From Mytilus galloprovincialis (Eukaryota): DNA of 64,000 bases. How positions within the stretch are numbered: the stretch's first letter is position 1; the number at the start of each line of letters is the position of its first letter. The notes under the pieces were generated by a model. It was not told the DNA's origin and did no database searches. It saw only the letters and a list, made by a program, of their open reading frames with translations. Positions 1-11,400 of the stretch are shown here, piece after piece. Both the position numbers and the translations under genes were made by a program. The stretch covers positions 20,157,521-20,221,520 of the forward strand of contig NC_134842.1 in the NCBI RefSeq assembly GCF_965363235.1. Direction: 5' to 3'.

Positions 1-20
1 CTTTTTTCTGTAGTAAACAT

Positions 21-2096
21 TTAGTTACCTTCAGTTATGTCCTGATCAGAAGATACATGTCCCTGCTTTTTTCTCTCATCTTCTGTTCTACGTTTTGATA
101 TATTGTCTCTAAAAGGTGATGGACTAGTATTTTCATAAGAAATCAAATCACTCTTTGCTTTCATATAGCCATCATAATCAGATTTTGCCAACATCTCCAA
201 TCTTGAGCTCCATATTTTATCAGATCTTGAAGGTGAAAGTTCTGACCATCTTGATGATTGTCTTGTTCTGGATTTTGACCTTGAGATACTTCTGCTAGTC
301 ACTTGTGTCACTTTACTTAAGTTTCCTGAATTTCTTCTTGATTTCTTTTTTGGTGACCTTGATAAACTTCTGCTCATTAATCTTGAACTTCTCCTTGTTG
401 ACCTTGAAGAGGTTGTGCTTGATGACCTTCTCCTACTTTTTGACCCTGAAAATCTTCTCCTTCTGGACATCACATGACTTGATTGTTTACTTCTAGATCT
501 AGCAAGCTGCCTATCATGGCTACTGGTACTGATGTTGCCACCCTCTCCTTTATCTCGATCTCGATCTCTTTCTTTACTTATTGATCTAGAAAGCCTTCTC
601 TTTGAACTCAAAGATTTTCTAGATCTGCTTCTTCTTCTGTTGGGGTGTGATCTACTTCTTGATCTGTTATTTCTTCTGTTACGTCTTGATCTACTCCTAG
701 ATCTACTATATCTTTTGTAAGGTGGGGATCTACTCCTAGATCTAGTATATCTTTTGTAAGGTGGGGATCTACTTCTAGATCTCCTATGTCTTCTCAAGGG
801 AGATGATCTATCTCTAGATCTACTGAGTCTCCTGTAAGATCTACTTCTAGATCTACTGGGTCTCCTGTAAGAGCTTGATCTACTTCTAGATCTGCTAGCA
901 CTTCTGAAAGAAGGCGATCGTCTTCTAGATCTACTTTGTCTTCTGTAAGGAGGCGATCGTTTTCCTGATCTTCTATGTCTTCTGTTTGGAGGTGATATAC
1001 TCTTAGATTTCGATTTATCAGACTCTCTCTTATCTAAATGTTCATCAAATCTTCTATGACTTCTTTGCTCTTCTTTTCTTTCCATCGCTCTTATATCATC
1101 TTTCTGATTCCAGCCACTCTGAATATGACCTCTTGGCCCTTGACCAGTGCATTCCTGGCCTCTCCAGCTTTCTCCTCCTCTTCCATCGCTACCTTCTTCT
1201 GTCCTTCCTCTAACACTTCTCCATCCTCCCCTTCCTCTAACACCTCTTCCTCTGCCCCATCCCCTTACACTACTTCCTCCTCCCCTTCCTCTAACACTAC
1301 GTTTTACCACTGTTTCTTTCATTTTGCTAGTTTTAGGATCATAGTGAGACATATTCCCATCTTGATTTTGAATATATTCAGATGCTTTTACAGTAGATCT
1401 TTCAACCTTGTTTGATTTCATTCTATGTGATCTTACAATGGCAAAACTTGTTGGTTCGAAAGATGGTGATGTTGGACTATAACTTGGTGATGTCGGTTGA
1501 TACTCTGGGATAGGATGGCTTGAGCTTAAAGATTGTGGTAAGTTAATTGGACTATAACTTCCCAATGTCTGTTGATTCTTTTGGATAGCCTGGCTAGAGC
1601 CTAAAGATTGTGGTAAGCTAATTGGACTATAACTTTGCCATGTTGGTTGAAACTTTGGGACAGCAGGACTTGTAGGCTCGTAAAATGGTGATGTTGGCCT
1701 ATAATGTGGCCATATTGGTTGACACCCAGAGAAAGCCTGGCTATAGCTTAGAGGTTGTGGTAAGTGATTTGGTCCAGTTAGGCTACCTGCTGTATATGAA
1801 TTGTAGTCTAGAAGTGTAGGTTGAGTACTTGGTATATTGTCTGCTTCATACATGGATGTAGATAGATTAATTGGATAAGGTTGAATATCCACCACCAACT
1901 GAGATTGTACTGTTTTAGACTTCTCATTCGGTTTAAATGAAGGGTCAAAATCTGGAGCATAATACTTGTTTATTGTATTAACATTACTGTTAACAGCGAC
2001 TGCAGTGTAATATTTACCAGCAGTATCTTTAATAGAGAGATTGCTGTCTAAATCACTGTCATCTGGTGGCAAGGGAGGTAAGTCACTGCTAAAATA
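21..2096 (-). CDS. Large internal or terminal exon of an RS-domain, SR-related protein. It is N-terminally Tyr/Ser/Pro-rich with CTD-like YSPTSPS heptads, then an RGG/RG box, then a long RS/RD dipeptide tract. The listed ORF start is a TTG, not a real start codon. A splice acceptor ttttttcag lies at 2097-2105 on the minus strand. The reading frame is still open at the window edge, where a GTAACT donor at about 27 or the TAA at 21 may end it.
   Basis: A 683-codon open frame in about 65% AT DNA. Sequence features are YSPTSPSYSPTSPSFEPTS, RGRGGGSSVRGWGRGRGVRGRGG and RSRSRSRSPPYKRYSRSRSRS. Only this frame is open; the plus-strand ORFs at 305-1415 are low-complexity shadows. Confidence 0.6.
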   Translation of the reverse strand, partial: YFSSDLPPLPPDDSDLDSNLSIKDTAGKYYTAVAVNSNVNTINKYYAPDFDPSFKPNEKSKTVQSQLVVDIQPYPINLSTSMYEADNIPSTQPTLLDYNSYTAGSLTGPNHLPQPLSYSQAFSGCQPIWPHYRPTSPFYEPTSPAVPKFQPTWQSYSPISLPQSLGSSQAIQKNQQTLGSYSPINLPQSLSSSHPIPEYQPTSPSYSPTSPSFEPTSFAIVRSHRMKSNKVERSTVKASEYIQNQDGNMSHYDPKTSKMKETVVKRSVRGRGGGSSVRGWGRGRGVRGRGGWRSVRGRTEEGSDGRGGESWRGQECTGQGPRGHIQSGWNQKDDIRAMERKEEQRSHRRFDEHLDKRESDKSKSKSISPPNRRHRRSGKRSPPYRRQSRSRRRSPSFRSASRSRSRSSSYRRPSRSRSRSYRRLSRSRDRSSPLRRHRRSRSRSPPYKRYTRSRSRSPPYKRYSRSRSRSRRNRRNNRSRSRSHPNRRRSRSRKSLSSKRRLSRSISKERDRDRDKGEGGNISTSSHDRQLARSRSKQSSHVMSRRRRFSGSKSRRRSSSTTSSRSTRRSSRLMSRSLSRSPKKKSRRNSGNLSKVTQVTSRSISRSKSRTRQSSRWSELSPSRSDKIWSSRLEMLAKSDYDGYMKAKSDLISYENTSPSPFRDNISKRRTEDERKKQGHVSSDQDITEGN

Positions 2097-2399
2097 CTGA
2101 AAAAAAGTAAAAAGATATTTATCTCAAAATTAATTTACAATTGGTTTGGAAATACAGACAACGTTCAAGAAAACTTTAATTCATTATCATAGATTTTCTT
2201 ATCTGTTTTATAAAAGGAGAGACATTTAAAACAATCAGAAAAGCATTAATCTGACAAGATCACACAGGATACCATTTTAACTCCTTAGATCAAAATGGAC
2301 ATTACTTTTTTAAGACTCAATTTGTGAAAGTTTTATTCTAAAAATGTCCATGTTATTTAAGGTTTTTTTTTTGGTGCTGTTGTCTAAATAAGATATACA

Positions 2400-2570
2400 A
2401 CACATTAATCATAGAGATCCATGCAAGAGATCCATAGCTTGTTGTTCGGTGTGAGCTAAGGCTCCGTGTTGAAGGCCGTACTTTAACCTATAATGGTTTA
2501 CTTTTTAAATTGTTATTTGTATGGAGAGTTGTCTCATTGGCACTCACACCACATCTTCCTATATCTATAC
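2400..2570 (+). mobile_element. SINE family A copy (ggctccgtgttgaaggccgtactttaacctataatggtttac...gagttgtctcattggcactcacaccacatcttcc).
   Basis: Near-identical copies in this window at 47835-47990 and 47225-47340, and reverse copies at 45960-46100 and 53270-53420. Confidence 0.7.
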
Positions 2571-4277
2571 ACTTGTATTCAAGTTATTCCCTAGCTGAAA
2601 ACCAAATGTCTTCAGACTGGGATATAGCCTTAGAGTTGGGCTTGAAATTCCAACTGTGACTTGAAAAGGGAGATTATAATGACAAAATTGTTTGCCTGTA
2701 ACAAGCAACAAAAGGTTTTTCAACTGCCAGATAGTGGTGCAACCTTTCAACAGATGTAATTCATTTAAATAGACACGTTAAAATTGTTTTACATTGTCAT
2801 TTCGGGGCCTTTTATAGCTGACTATGCGGTATCTGCTTTGCTCATCATTGAAGGCTGTTGTAAATGTGTGTTTTGGTTATTTCCAAGTAAAGGAATATTG
2901 TTATTATTGTATTAAGAGAGTTTATATAAGTTGTCAGAAGTTATTTCTAGTATTTAGTATATTGAATGAGTAATTAACGTACGTTTTACTTTATGTTATT
3001 AGCTGTATCGATAACGTCGTATATGGCGCAACTTTGTCATGCATTGTTCAGAACGTTACCGTTGGGTCAATATTTTAAGCGTGAACCCAAAAGTGTACAT
3101 TTATGAGTTCTTAACTGGAAGAATTAATATGTCTAGATATGTTTATTTATAAGATTGTATTATTATAAGCATTTTGAGTCGAGGACTCCTATATTTTATG
3201 TAAGCATATTACGTTATGTTTTTCTTCCTGCTTAGAAGATTTACTTCCGGTAATTTGAAATAAAGACCAGTGCAACGTCACGTTCGTTAGTCTTTGCTGT
3301 GTTTACGTTTGGCTTGCAGCAAGGCTCATCCCGGGGGGTCCTAGAGGTAAGAAGCAGCGCATTAGCTGTATGCCTTGCATTTATTTACCGTAATTATCAT
3401 TGTAATATTTAAGATAATCCCAGTTGACCCGTACGAAAATACATGAGAAAGATTAATATTTAAGTATCTTCGACCCGTATGTTTATTATATATTATTGTT
3501 GGAATTTTGTACTTTTATGGAAATATATCGGCTGTAGCCTGTTTAATAAAAGTATCATTTTTACTATTGACTAGTTATTCACGCTACCAATGATGAGAGA
3601 GAGCAGACAACAGATTTGACGTCCGTATTTATTTATTACCCCGTGCATTTACTAGTTTTATGAGATATTCGTATTTGCTGGCTTTATAACTATATCAAAA
3701 CATAGCAAGAAGCAGAAATTACGACAAAGGCCATACAGTGACTTATAGTTGTTAATTTCTGTGTCATTTGGTCTCTTGTGAAGAGTGGTCTCATTGGCAA
3801 TCCTAGCACATCTTCTTTTTTATACATAATTGCGTAATCATACATCTCATACAACGAAATGGATACCCCTTTCTTAGAATAGACTTTACTGATTACCAGG
3901 GTAAGTCCAGGTTAGGTATTGTTATACCCCTGTCAAACTTGGGGTTGACATGTATTAATTTGCATGTTACAAATAATGGTCACTGTTATACAAAGAATTA
4001 AATCCTGCATTATGTTTCCATGAACAACCAGTAATTTTTCAACTAACACACAAACAATTGAACAATTACAACTATTTTGTGATAGAATATCCATATTCCT
4101 GGAATTGGAAAAAAAGAAAAAAAAAGTTTTTATCATGCCCCAATGAATATACAGGTCACCATATGATCTAAATTTTATAATTCTTCTCATACGAAAGCTT
4201 TCAAGATGCAGAGAAAAACTCTTGTAAAAACTTTTGATAAAGCTACTGAATAGAGTTTAAGAATAAATGTATCTTAC

Positions 4278-4368
4278 CTCAGCCTCCAAATGTTTTAACT
4301 TTTCCTCGTCAATTGTAACTTCTGGTGGCATAAGACTTGGAAATTCACCTGCAAAGTCATCCAGCTTG
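4278..4368 (-). CDS. Candidate upstream exon, possibly of the RS-domain gene. It encodes (x)KLDDFAGEFPSLMPPEVTIDEEKLKHLEAE, with acceptor atatttttcag and donor GAG|GTAAGA.
   Basis: Strong consensus splice sites flank a 30-codon open frame. Its phase (ends in phase 0) is compatible with the 2096 exon starting in phase 0. Confidence 0.4.
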
Positions 4369-4608
4369 CTGAAAAATATTATACAGGAGTTGAAAATCAT
4401 GGGGAAATTGTGGTTAATCTGTAAGGTTTTTAATATACTCAGTGTTGTTTTTTGCTGTTTATATTTTTTTTTGTTCATTGTTTTGTATATTTGTTTTGTG
4501 TTGTGCTGTTGCACCACTTTCAATGACTTTCCCAGATTACTGGGAGGGTTTGCCATCTAACAAGTTAATGTGCCTGTCCCAAATCAAAAGCCTGTAATAA
4601 AAACAATA

Positions 4609-4814
4609 CTGTAAATTCAGAAATTATTGCGTGCATTTATTATTGCGATTTTGTCATTTGAGACTGAAATGCGATTTTAACTTTTGCGATATTTTTTAAA
4701 ATCCTGTTTCATTCATATAAAAAATGAATAAATGCGAGTTTAAATTATTGCGGTTATAACCCTGTCGCATTTTTCGCAATAATAAAAACATCGCAATAAT
4801 TTCTGAATTTACAG
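4609..4814. mobile_element. MITE family copy with terminal inverted repeats ctgtaaattcagaaattattgcg / cgcaataatttctgaatttacag.
   Basis: Perfect roughly 23-bp TIRs. Related copies at 9658-9855, 44551-44752 and 49122-49330. Confidence 0.75.
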
Positions 4815-5179
4815 TACCACACTAGCTGGTTGAAAAAAATCTTAGTAATTCTGCTGAAACCAGTAAATAGAGCCAGTCTTAAACTTGCAGTTAACTCAGA
4901 TTTTGTGTCCCAATTCAAAGCTTGACCTCAAAGTGACTTTGACAAAAAGATCAGCAATGAAAGTGCTGTTCCTTTTCCATTAGGCTTTTTGTGTTTTATG
5001 CTGTTCATGTACTGATTTCGTGTTTTGGATATTCACCACATTCTCTTCTATTAATAGAACCAAAAACAACACTGGTGTGGAAAGGAAGTGATATAAAAAA
5101 GAAGTAAAATTAAAGAACCTTAGTGAGCACGCTCACATACCCCACGTCCCCACATTGTCATTGGAGAAATGTCATTGGA

Positions 5180-6075
5180 GAAATTAAATAAGTATAAGAA
5201 AAAAAAATTGTATTAGAAAAATTATTGAATAATAATTTCCTGTTAATATACACATCTACATAGTATGTCCTTATTATCTACAAAATTTCATGAAATTCTA
5301 TTGTGTGTTTTCAGAGGAGTTGAGATGACAAACTGTTGCAGAAGTACATTGAAGCAAATAAGTTCAAAGGGGCGTAACTCCTAGAAATAAAATTGAATCG
5401 TAATTTCCCCTCGATATGCACAACTACATAGTATGTCCTTATTATCTGAAAAGTTTAATGAAATTCTGTTGTGTTGTTTCAGAGGAGTTGCGATGACAAA
5501 CTGTTGCAGTAGTACATTGAAGCAAATAAGTTCAAAGGGGGGTAACTCCTAGAAATAAAATTGAATCGTAATTTCCCGTCGATATGCACAACTACATAAT
5601 ATGTCCTTTTCATATAAAAAGATTTCTTGAAATTCTGTTGTGTGGTTTGAGAGGAGTTGCGATGACAAACTGTTGCAGTAGTACATTAAAGTAAATAAGT
5701 TCAAAGGGGCGTAACTCCTAGAAATAAAATTGAATCGCAATTTCCCGTAGATATGCACAACTACATAGTATTTCCTTATTATCTGAAAAGGTTTCGTGAA
5801 ATTCTGTTGTGTGGTTTGAGAGGAGTTGCGATGACAAACTGTTGCAGAAGTACATTAAAGTAAATAAGTTCAAAGGGGCGTAACTCCAAGAAAAAAAATT
5901 GAATAGCAATTTCCCGTCGATATGCACAACTACATAGTATGTCCTTATTATCTGAAAAGGTTTCGTGAAATTCTGTCATGTGGTTTGAGAGGAGTTGCGA
6001 TGACAAGAAACAGGACTGACGGACGGACGGGTCAAAAACATTATACCCTTCGCAACTTCGTTGCGTTGGGGTATA
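5180..6075. repeat. Satellite-like tandem array, about 169 bp in 5 copies. It ends in a (GACGG)n microsatellite plus an imperfect hairpin (tataccc..ttcgcaacttcgttgcg..ggggtata).
   Basis: The motif gaggagttgcgatgacaaactgttgcagtagtacattgaagcaaataagttcaaagggg recurs at about 5313, 5481, 5651, 5821 and 5989. The minus-strand ORFs at 5549-6159 are repeat shadows. Confidence 0.8.
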
Positions 6076-6343
6076 ATTAGTAGTTTTATACATGTACCTC
6101 CTGTCCTCTGTATCTCTATATGTATCTTTCTTATAACGTCTGATTTCCCTCAGAGCCACAGTTCCAGGTGTATACCTATGAGGTTTTTTAACCCCTACTG
6201 GTGGTTCCTACAAGAAAGTATGTAAACAAAAAGTCATGTACATAGCATTTCTCTGTCATGACAAATAATTATATAATTTACAATCCGTTGAACATTAACA
6301 AATTATGGTTTAATTTCCCACAAAATCCCCAACATGTGATTAC

Positions 6344-6589
6344 CCTGAATATAAATGACTTCCCAGTACTATTATTTTTACTAACATCATTCTTGTCTTC
6401 TTCATCACTATCAGTTTCTGCTACTTCCATATCACAAAGTTCTTTTATTTCCTTTTCCTTTTCCTCATCAGCCACCTCCTCCGCCTCCTCCTCCTCATCA
6501 TCATCATCATCACTCCCCTCCTTATCATCATCATTATCATAATCACTACTTCCTTCCTTACTGGAACCTTCTGAATCTGGATTCCAGTT
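6344..6589 (-). CDS. Candidate acidic (D/E-rich) exon encoding NWNPDSEGSSKEGSSDYDNDDDKEGSDDDDDEEEEAEEVADEEKEKEIKELCDMEVAETDSDEEDKNDVSKNNSTGKSFIFR. Acceptor is cttcttatctttatag and donor is AGG|GTAATC.
   Basis: An 82-codon open frame between consensus-like splice sites. Part of it is a trinucleotide (gat/gag) simple repeat, so it could be non-coding. Confidence 0.25.
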
Positions 6590-6835
6590 CTATAAAGATA
6601 AGAAGATGTGGTATGATAGCCAATAAGACAACACCCCAACAGAGACCAAATGAAGTAAAAGGTATCATCTATAGGGCACCTTACAGCCTTCCACAAGCAA
6701 GATCCATACCACATAGCACACAAAAAATGCCCCAAAATGACAAATGTAAAACACTCAATGATAAAACACCCCACCAGAGACCAAATGATGTAGAAGTCCA
6801 CAACTATATAGGAGGGTACCACAATTTCTAGGGAA
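6590..6835 (-). mobile_element. SINE family A copy in reverse orientation (gagttgtctcattggca.tcacaccacatcttc family).
   Basis: Contains aagaagatgtggtatgatagccaataagacaac, the reverse complement of the family core seen at 2400-2570, 3725-3830, 47225-47340, 47835-47990 and 56150-56210. Confidence 0.7.
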
Positions 6836-6974
6836 CTCACAAGAACTGAATATTGACCCAAGACCGATAACTGTTACCCCCAAAACTTAATTTTATATGG
6901 AGTTATACTATTTTAACAGAAATTAAATTAATAGTTTTTAGATATAAGTCATTTTTACTCAATATAAAATAGTT

Positions 6975-8280
6975 TGCAGAGGGCAGCCTGATCCAACGGC
7001 AAAGGTTCAACCCTGAACAGTTGGGGTAAGTTTGAACTAAATATTCAAGGTTGATTATGTCTGAATTTAGATTGTAATCAATTTTTGACATAATATAGGT
7101 TTCTGACAAAAAATAAATGTGGTAAAAGATCATAAAAATTTGAAATGGGACATTTAATTTACCTAGTATTATGGTCTGATATCCAAAATCAGATTCAGCA
7201 TATAAAAAAAACCAAAATGTTTTAGTTGAAATTAATCAAACAAAGTTTAATTTTGGACCCTTTGGACATCAATGTAGACCAATTCAAAAGTGGGGTCCAA
7301 TATTAAAAATAGTAATACAAGGTTAAAACCTCCAAAAATTAAAGACTTTAAACTAATCCCATTGGAATTGGTTAAAAAATTGGTATTAATTTTCAATTGA
7401 AAATTTCTTGCTATTGTGCAATATTGTGCTATTAAAGATGTCTTGCTATTGCGCAATAATGTGCAATTGAAAATTTCTTTTTATTGCACAATACTGTGCT
7501 ATTGTGCAATACTTTGTGATTTAAGATTTCTTGCTATTGCTCAATACTGTGCTGTTGCACAATACTTAGTTAATCTGTTATATATAATAATTTACACATC
7601 CAGTTTGGTGTGTATCTCCTGTCATATTAGTATGTGTTGCTTTATATACAAATCAGAAAGAATCAGTGGAAAAATGGGGAAACAAATATAGGAAAAAAAA
7701 ATTCCAAAATTATGAGAAAAAAAACCCCAAAACATTTTTTTTAAAACTAGACCTTGGAGTTATTATCCCCAAACTTAATCCTAGCCATCCCTTAGTGGTA
7801 TGGCACCTACAATGTAGTACATGTAGTACAATTTCAGAAAGATCCATACACTTACACAAAAGTTATTGTCTGGAAACTAGAAAAATATTTGTTTTTGGCC
7901 CGTTTTTGACACTGAATTCCTGAACCTTTGGGGCAATTATCCCCAAATTCCATCCCAGCCTTCCCTTTGTAATATGAAAACTTGTGGTACAATTTCAGAG
8001 AGATCGATACACTTACACACAAGTAATTGTCCTGAAACTGCAGAAATACTTATTTTTGGCCTCTTTTTGGCCTAAAATTCCTAAACTGTTGGTTCTATAA
8101 AGTGCTATATCGATCTCAACTTTCCTTTAGTTGTATTGAACCTTTCTGGTTAAGTTTCATAGAGATCCATTCACTAAAACTTAAGTTATTGTCCAGCAAC
8201 CACGCCGACACTTGATGCCCTAAGACATGATAGCATCATATACAGTGCAAAATATTTTATGCGGCCATATAAAAAGTACA
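6975..8280 (+). mobile_element. Composite SINE-like element, copy 1. It has a tRNA-like head (cagaggttcaaccctgaacagttggggtaag) followed by a ttgtgcaata minisatellite (7380-7570), then a roughly 170-bp internal tandem array (7700-8210), then a hairpin tail.
   Basis: The same architecture recurs at 23935-25050 and 37955-39900. The shared unit is ttttggcccctaattcctaaactgtt.g.accaaaac.cctaaaatcaatcccaaccttcctttagtggt. Confidence 0.6.
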
Positions 8281-8439
8281 ATTTCACTTCAGGAAATAAA
8301 TCTGTGTGTCTTATATATAAGTTCTTGCATAACAATATGGCAGACCTAATCATTCAAGATAACTGTATCTAAATAAAAGAGTAAAAAAGTTCTGAAGGAT
8401 TAGTTTCTTAAGTTTAATACAGAGGTGAGAGAACCTGAT

Positions 8440-8860
8440 TAATAGTATTTATAAATATAAAATCCTTTTCAAAAGAAAAACTATATAAAAGCTTAGTTTG
8501 GACATTTTTATAGCAATTAAAAATAAAAAGGATTTTATATTTATAAGAATCATATATCATTTAAAATAATACATCATATATTCAGTAAAGTATGTGTGAA
8601 ATAACAATATGCTATTGATAAGTTTCCGTGTGGAGATAACCTAAAATACTATTCTTTTGAATAAAGATTTTTTGAAACCAAAAAAGATTATCTCCCCTTC
8701 CTACAAACATATTGCAATTTCACAAATATTTTACTGAATATGAAATGTTTTTATTCACATAATGTATGATTCTTATGAATAAGGAATACTTTTCGAAAGA
8801 AAAACTATATAAAAGCTTAATTTGGACATTTTTTATAGCAATTAAAAATAAAACAGTTCA
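8440..8860. repeat. Foldback (MITE-like) structure. A 50-bp direct repeat (aaaactatataaaagcttagtttggacatttttatagcaattaaaaataaaa) at both ends encloses nested inverted repeats.
   Basis: Inverted pairs are ttataagaatcatat with atgattcttatgaata, ttcagtaaagtatgtgtgaaat with atttcacaaatattttactgaa, and ggagataa with ttatctcc. Confidence 0.6.
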
Positions 8861-9504
8861 CCTTTAGTATGGTAATGGCTATAATATAACTATACAGATT
8901 GATAGACTGATTTAGTAATACCATCAATAAAGTGGAGTTAAAGTCTTATAGGATTGTAAGTATATTTTATTTTATTACCTTGCACTTTCACATTTTGACT
9001 GAACAATTTGTTCAATATTCTGACCAGTTGAACAATTTGATTTTATAAAACAAATTGCAATTTGGTCAAAATTTTGAATGAGTTGCAATTGGTGGATAGC
9101 AACACTAACAGTCAAGTCACTGTAAAACTTTAATTTATCATCTAAAAGAAATGCACGCTCTACAAAATAACTGTGTTCTCAGGCCAGAACATTTCAGAAT
9201 CCAAACAAGATACTCTGTCTATGCAATCTCCAAATATTCATTATGGTTACAAAGAATAATTTATGTCTATTATCTGTAGTGAATGGTTAAGAAAGCCATT
9301 GTATACCTGATCAAGAACAGCTGATGTAGGTTTTGTAATTGCTGGAGCTGATCCCCCTGTGGACTTCCCTGCTGTATTATAAGAGAATCCTGGACTTTTG
9401 TATACCTGATCAAGAACAGCTGATTTAGGTTTTGTAATTGCTGGAGCTGATCCTCCTGTGGACTTCCCAGCTGTATTATAAGAGAATCCTGGACTTTTGT
9501 TTAC

Positions 9505-9606
9505 CAGATCAAGAACAGCTGATTTAGGTTTTGTAATTGCTGGAGCTGATCCTCCTGTGGACTTCCCTGCTGTATTATAAGAGAATCCTGGACTTTTGTA
9601 TGTGTC
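9505..9606 (-). CDS. Candidate orphan exon encoding DTYKSPGFSYNTAGKSTGGSAPAITKPKSAVLDL. Acceptor is ctttctctttgtag and donor is CTG|GTAAAC. It is followed in the intron by two more in-frame 96-bp copies, each carrying a CAG|GTATAC donor.
   Basis: A superb acceptor and a strong donor flank the unit. The 96-bp (32-aa) unit repeats three times (9298-9600) with no stop in this frame. Confidence 0.4.
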
Positions 9607-10239
9607 CTACAAAGAGAAAGATAATGACAATCAGAAATCAGCCCTGAATTTGAGGTAATGTAAATTCTGAAATTATTGGGAGGTTTTTATTATTGCAAAA
9701 AATGTGACAGAGTTGTAAACGCAATAATTTAAACTTGCATTTTCAAATATTTTATATGAATTAAACACAAAATCTTTAAAATTAAAATTGCATTTTTAAG
9801 AAGTCTTAAATGACAAAATCGCAATAAATGCATGCAATAATTTCTGAATTTACAGTAAGTAAGTAAAATAAAATAAAACAATAAAGACAACAACACCCAT
9901 CAATAACCGCATGGTAAGAGTTTATTCTGGTCGACATGCTTAGCCAACAAGTAAGTAAGTAAGTAAGTTAGTTTTATTTAAAATACAAATTAACACAGTA
10001 AACATGAATTCTGTAGATCTCTTAGCCAAGGTGATTCCTCTTCTCATTTAGAATGCAAAAAAGACAATTAAAGAATATCAGTACCTTACCCTTGACATTG
10101 AAGTTTTATTTGACAAAAAGATTGATCTGAGTTCTTGTTAGTAGCATGGCTGTTTGGGACCATCAAAACTGTAATGTAAATTTACAACTTTTTATCTTTT
10201 AAGGTAATTTCTTTGAAAAATCATGAATCTCTAAATGAG

Positions 10240-11400
10240 TAGGTACGGTAAGGGCCGATTTTGGTCTCAAATGTCACTTTTCAGATGGTTTTTGTCAAAA
10301 ATAAAAGCGACTGCATCCATGTCCATCCTCAACCTTTAAATATGTTATGTATTATTATCGTCAAATACAACTTACATTTCAATATTAAGAAAAACACAAA
10401 TGCAGCCACTTTCATTTAAGACAGAAACCATTTAAAATTTAACACAAGAGGCTGTCACAACGACAGCAAACCGGATTTATTAACATTTATTTGTGTCCTG
10501 GCAATATCACAAGAACCATTACTGATGAATGGTGAAAGTGAAAATCGTCAATATCAAATTTGACCTCCATTTTGTCATCAGTATCAACATATTAAAATTT
10601 GAAAAGCTTAGATTGAATGGTTCATGAGTAAATGCAACAACCTGAATGGAAACGCCATTTTACGATCTTTCAAGAACCATAACTCCTGAACGGTAAAAGT
10701 CAAAATCGTCATTATTGAACTTGACCTCTATTTTGTCATCCATAACAACATATTAAAATTTCAAAAGCTTTGGTTGAATGGTTCATGAGAAAATGCACGG
10801 ACACGACGGGAAACACCATTTTTCAATCTTTCAAGAACCATAACTCCTGAACGGTAAAAGTCAAATTCGTCATTATTGAACTTGACCTCCATTCTTTCAT
10901 AAGTAACAACATATTAAAATTTGGGAAGCTTTGGTAGAACAGTTCATGCGTAAATGCACGGACAACTCCATTTTTCAATCTTTCAAGAACCATAACTCCT
11001 GAACGGTAAAAGTCAAAATCGCCATTATTGAACTTGACCTTCGAATAGTTGTCAGTAATAACATATTAAAATTTTAAAAGCTTTGGTTGAACGGTTCATG
11101 AGTTAATGCACGGACAACATTTGATTGCCACCCGCCCGCCCGCCCGCCGTACATCCCCAAATCAATAACCGACATTTTTGTCACAAAAATCCGGTTAAAA
11201 ATGCTAAAATTGTGAAGATTGTGCATTGTATTGTCAAAAACAGCCCATATTTATGTAGCAGAAGCATTCTACTTTCCAATAAATAACTAAAAGTTTACAT
11301 TTTAATAGTTTTGTAAAACTGCTATATTTTGGGGCCAAAAATGGGTCTTACTAGACCAACTTCGTTGGAGTGATCCCATTGCATAGATCCAGTATGGCTG
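10240..11400. mobile_element. Composite repeat element. The head is shared with 27440-27800, a 150-bp tandem array of about 4.5 copies lies at 10470-11140, a (CCCG)4 run follows, and the tail is shared with 27800-28030.
   Basis: The head agggccgattt.gg.ctcaa...tcacttttcagatggtttttgtcaaaaat.aaag and the tail gctaaaattgtgaagatt...ctgctatattttggggccaaaaa.gggtcttact both recur at 27440-28030. Confidence 0.6.

Noticed and set aside
305-1415. Plus-strand ORFs (L-rich, S/P-rich) antisense to the RS-domain exon.
   Set aside because: They are low-complexity antisense shadows of the RS/SR repeat. The minus-strand frame is 683 codons long and biologically coherent.
2072-2072. M at the start of the 683-aa ORF, and several other ORF-track starts (51561, 52216, 6475).
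   Set aside because: The codons are TTG or GTG, not ATG. The ORF track evidently allows alternative starts. These are internal exon positions in a eukaryotic gene.
5549-6159. Three overlapping minus-strand ORFs (69-126 aa) with near-identical sequences.
   Set aside because: They are produced by reading through the 169-bp satellite and have no splice or start context.
9298-9600. Regular 96-bp repeats and the 37-41-bp repeats at 59640-59960 as possible CRISPR arrays.
   Set aside because: The units are contiguous near-identical tandem copies without unique spacers and sit in a eukaryotic, intron-containing context. They are a minisatellite and a coding repeat.
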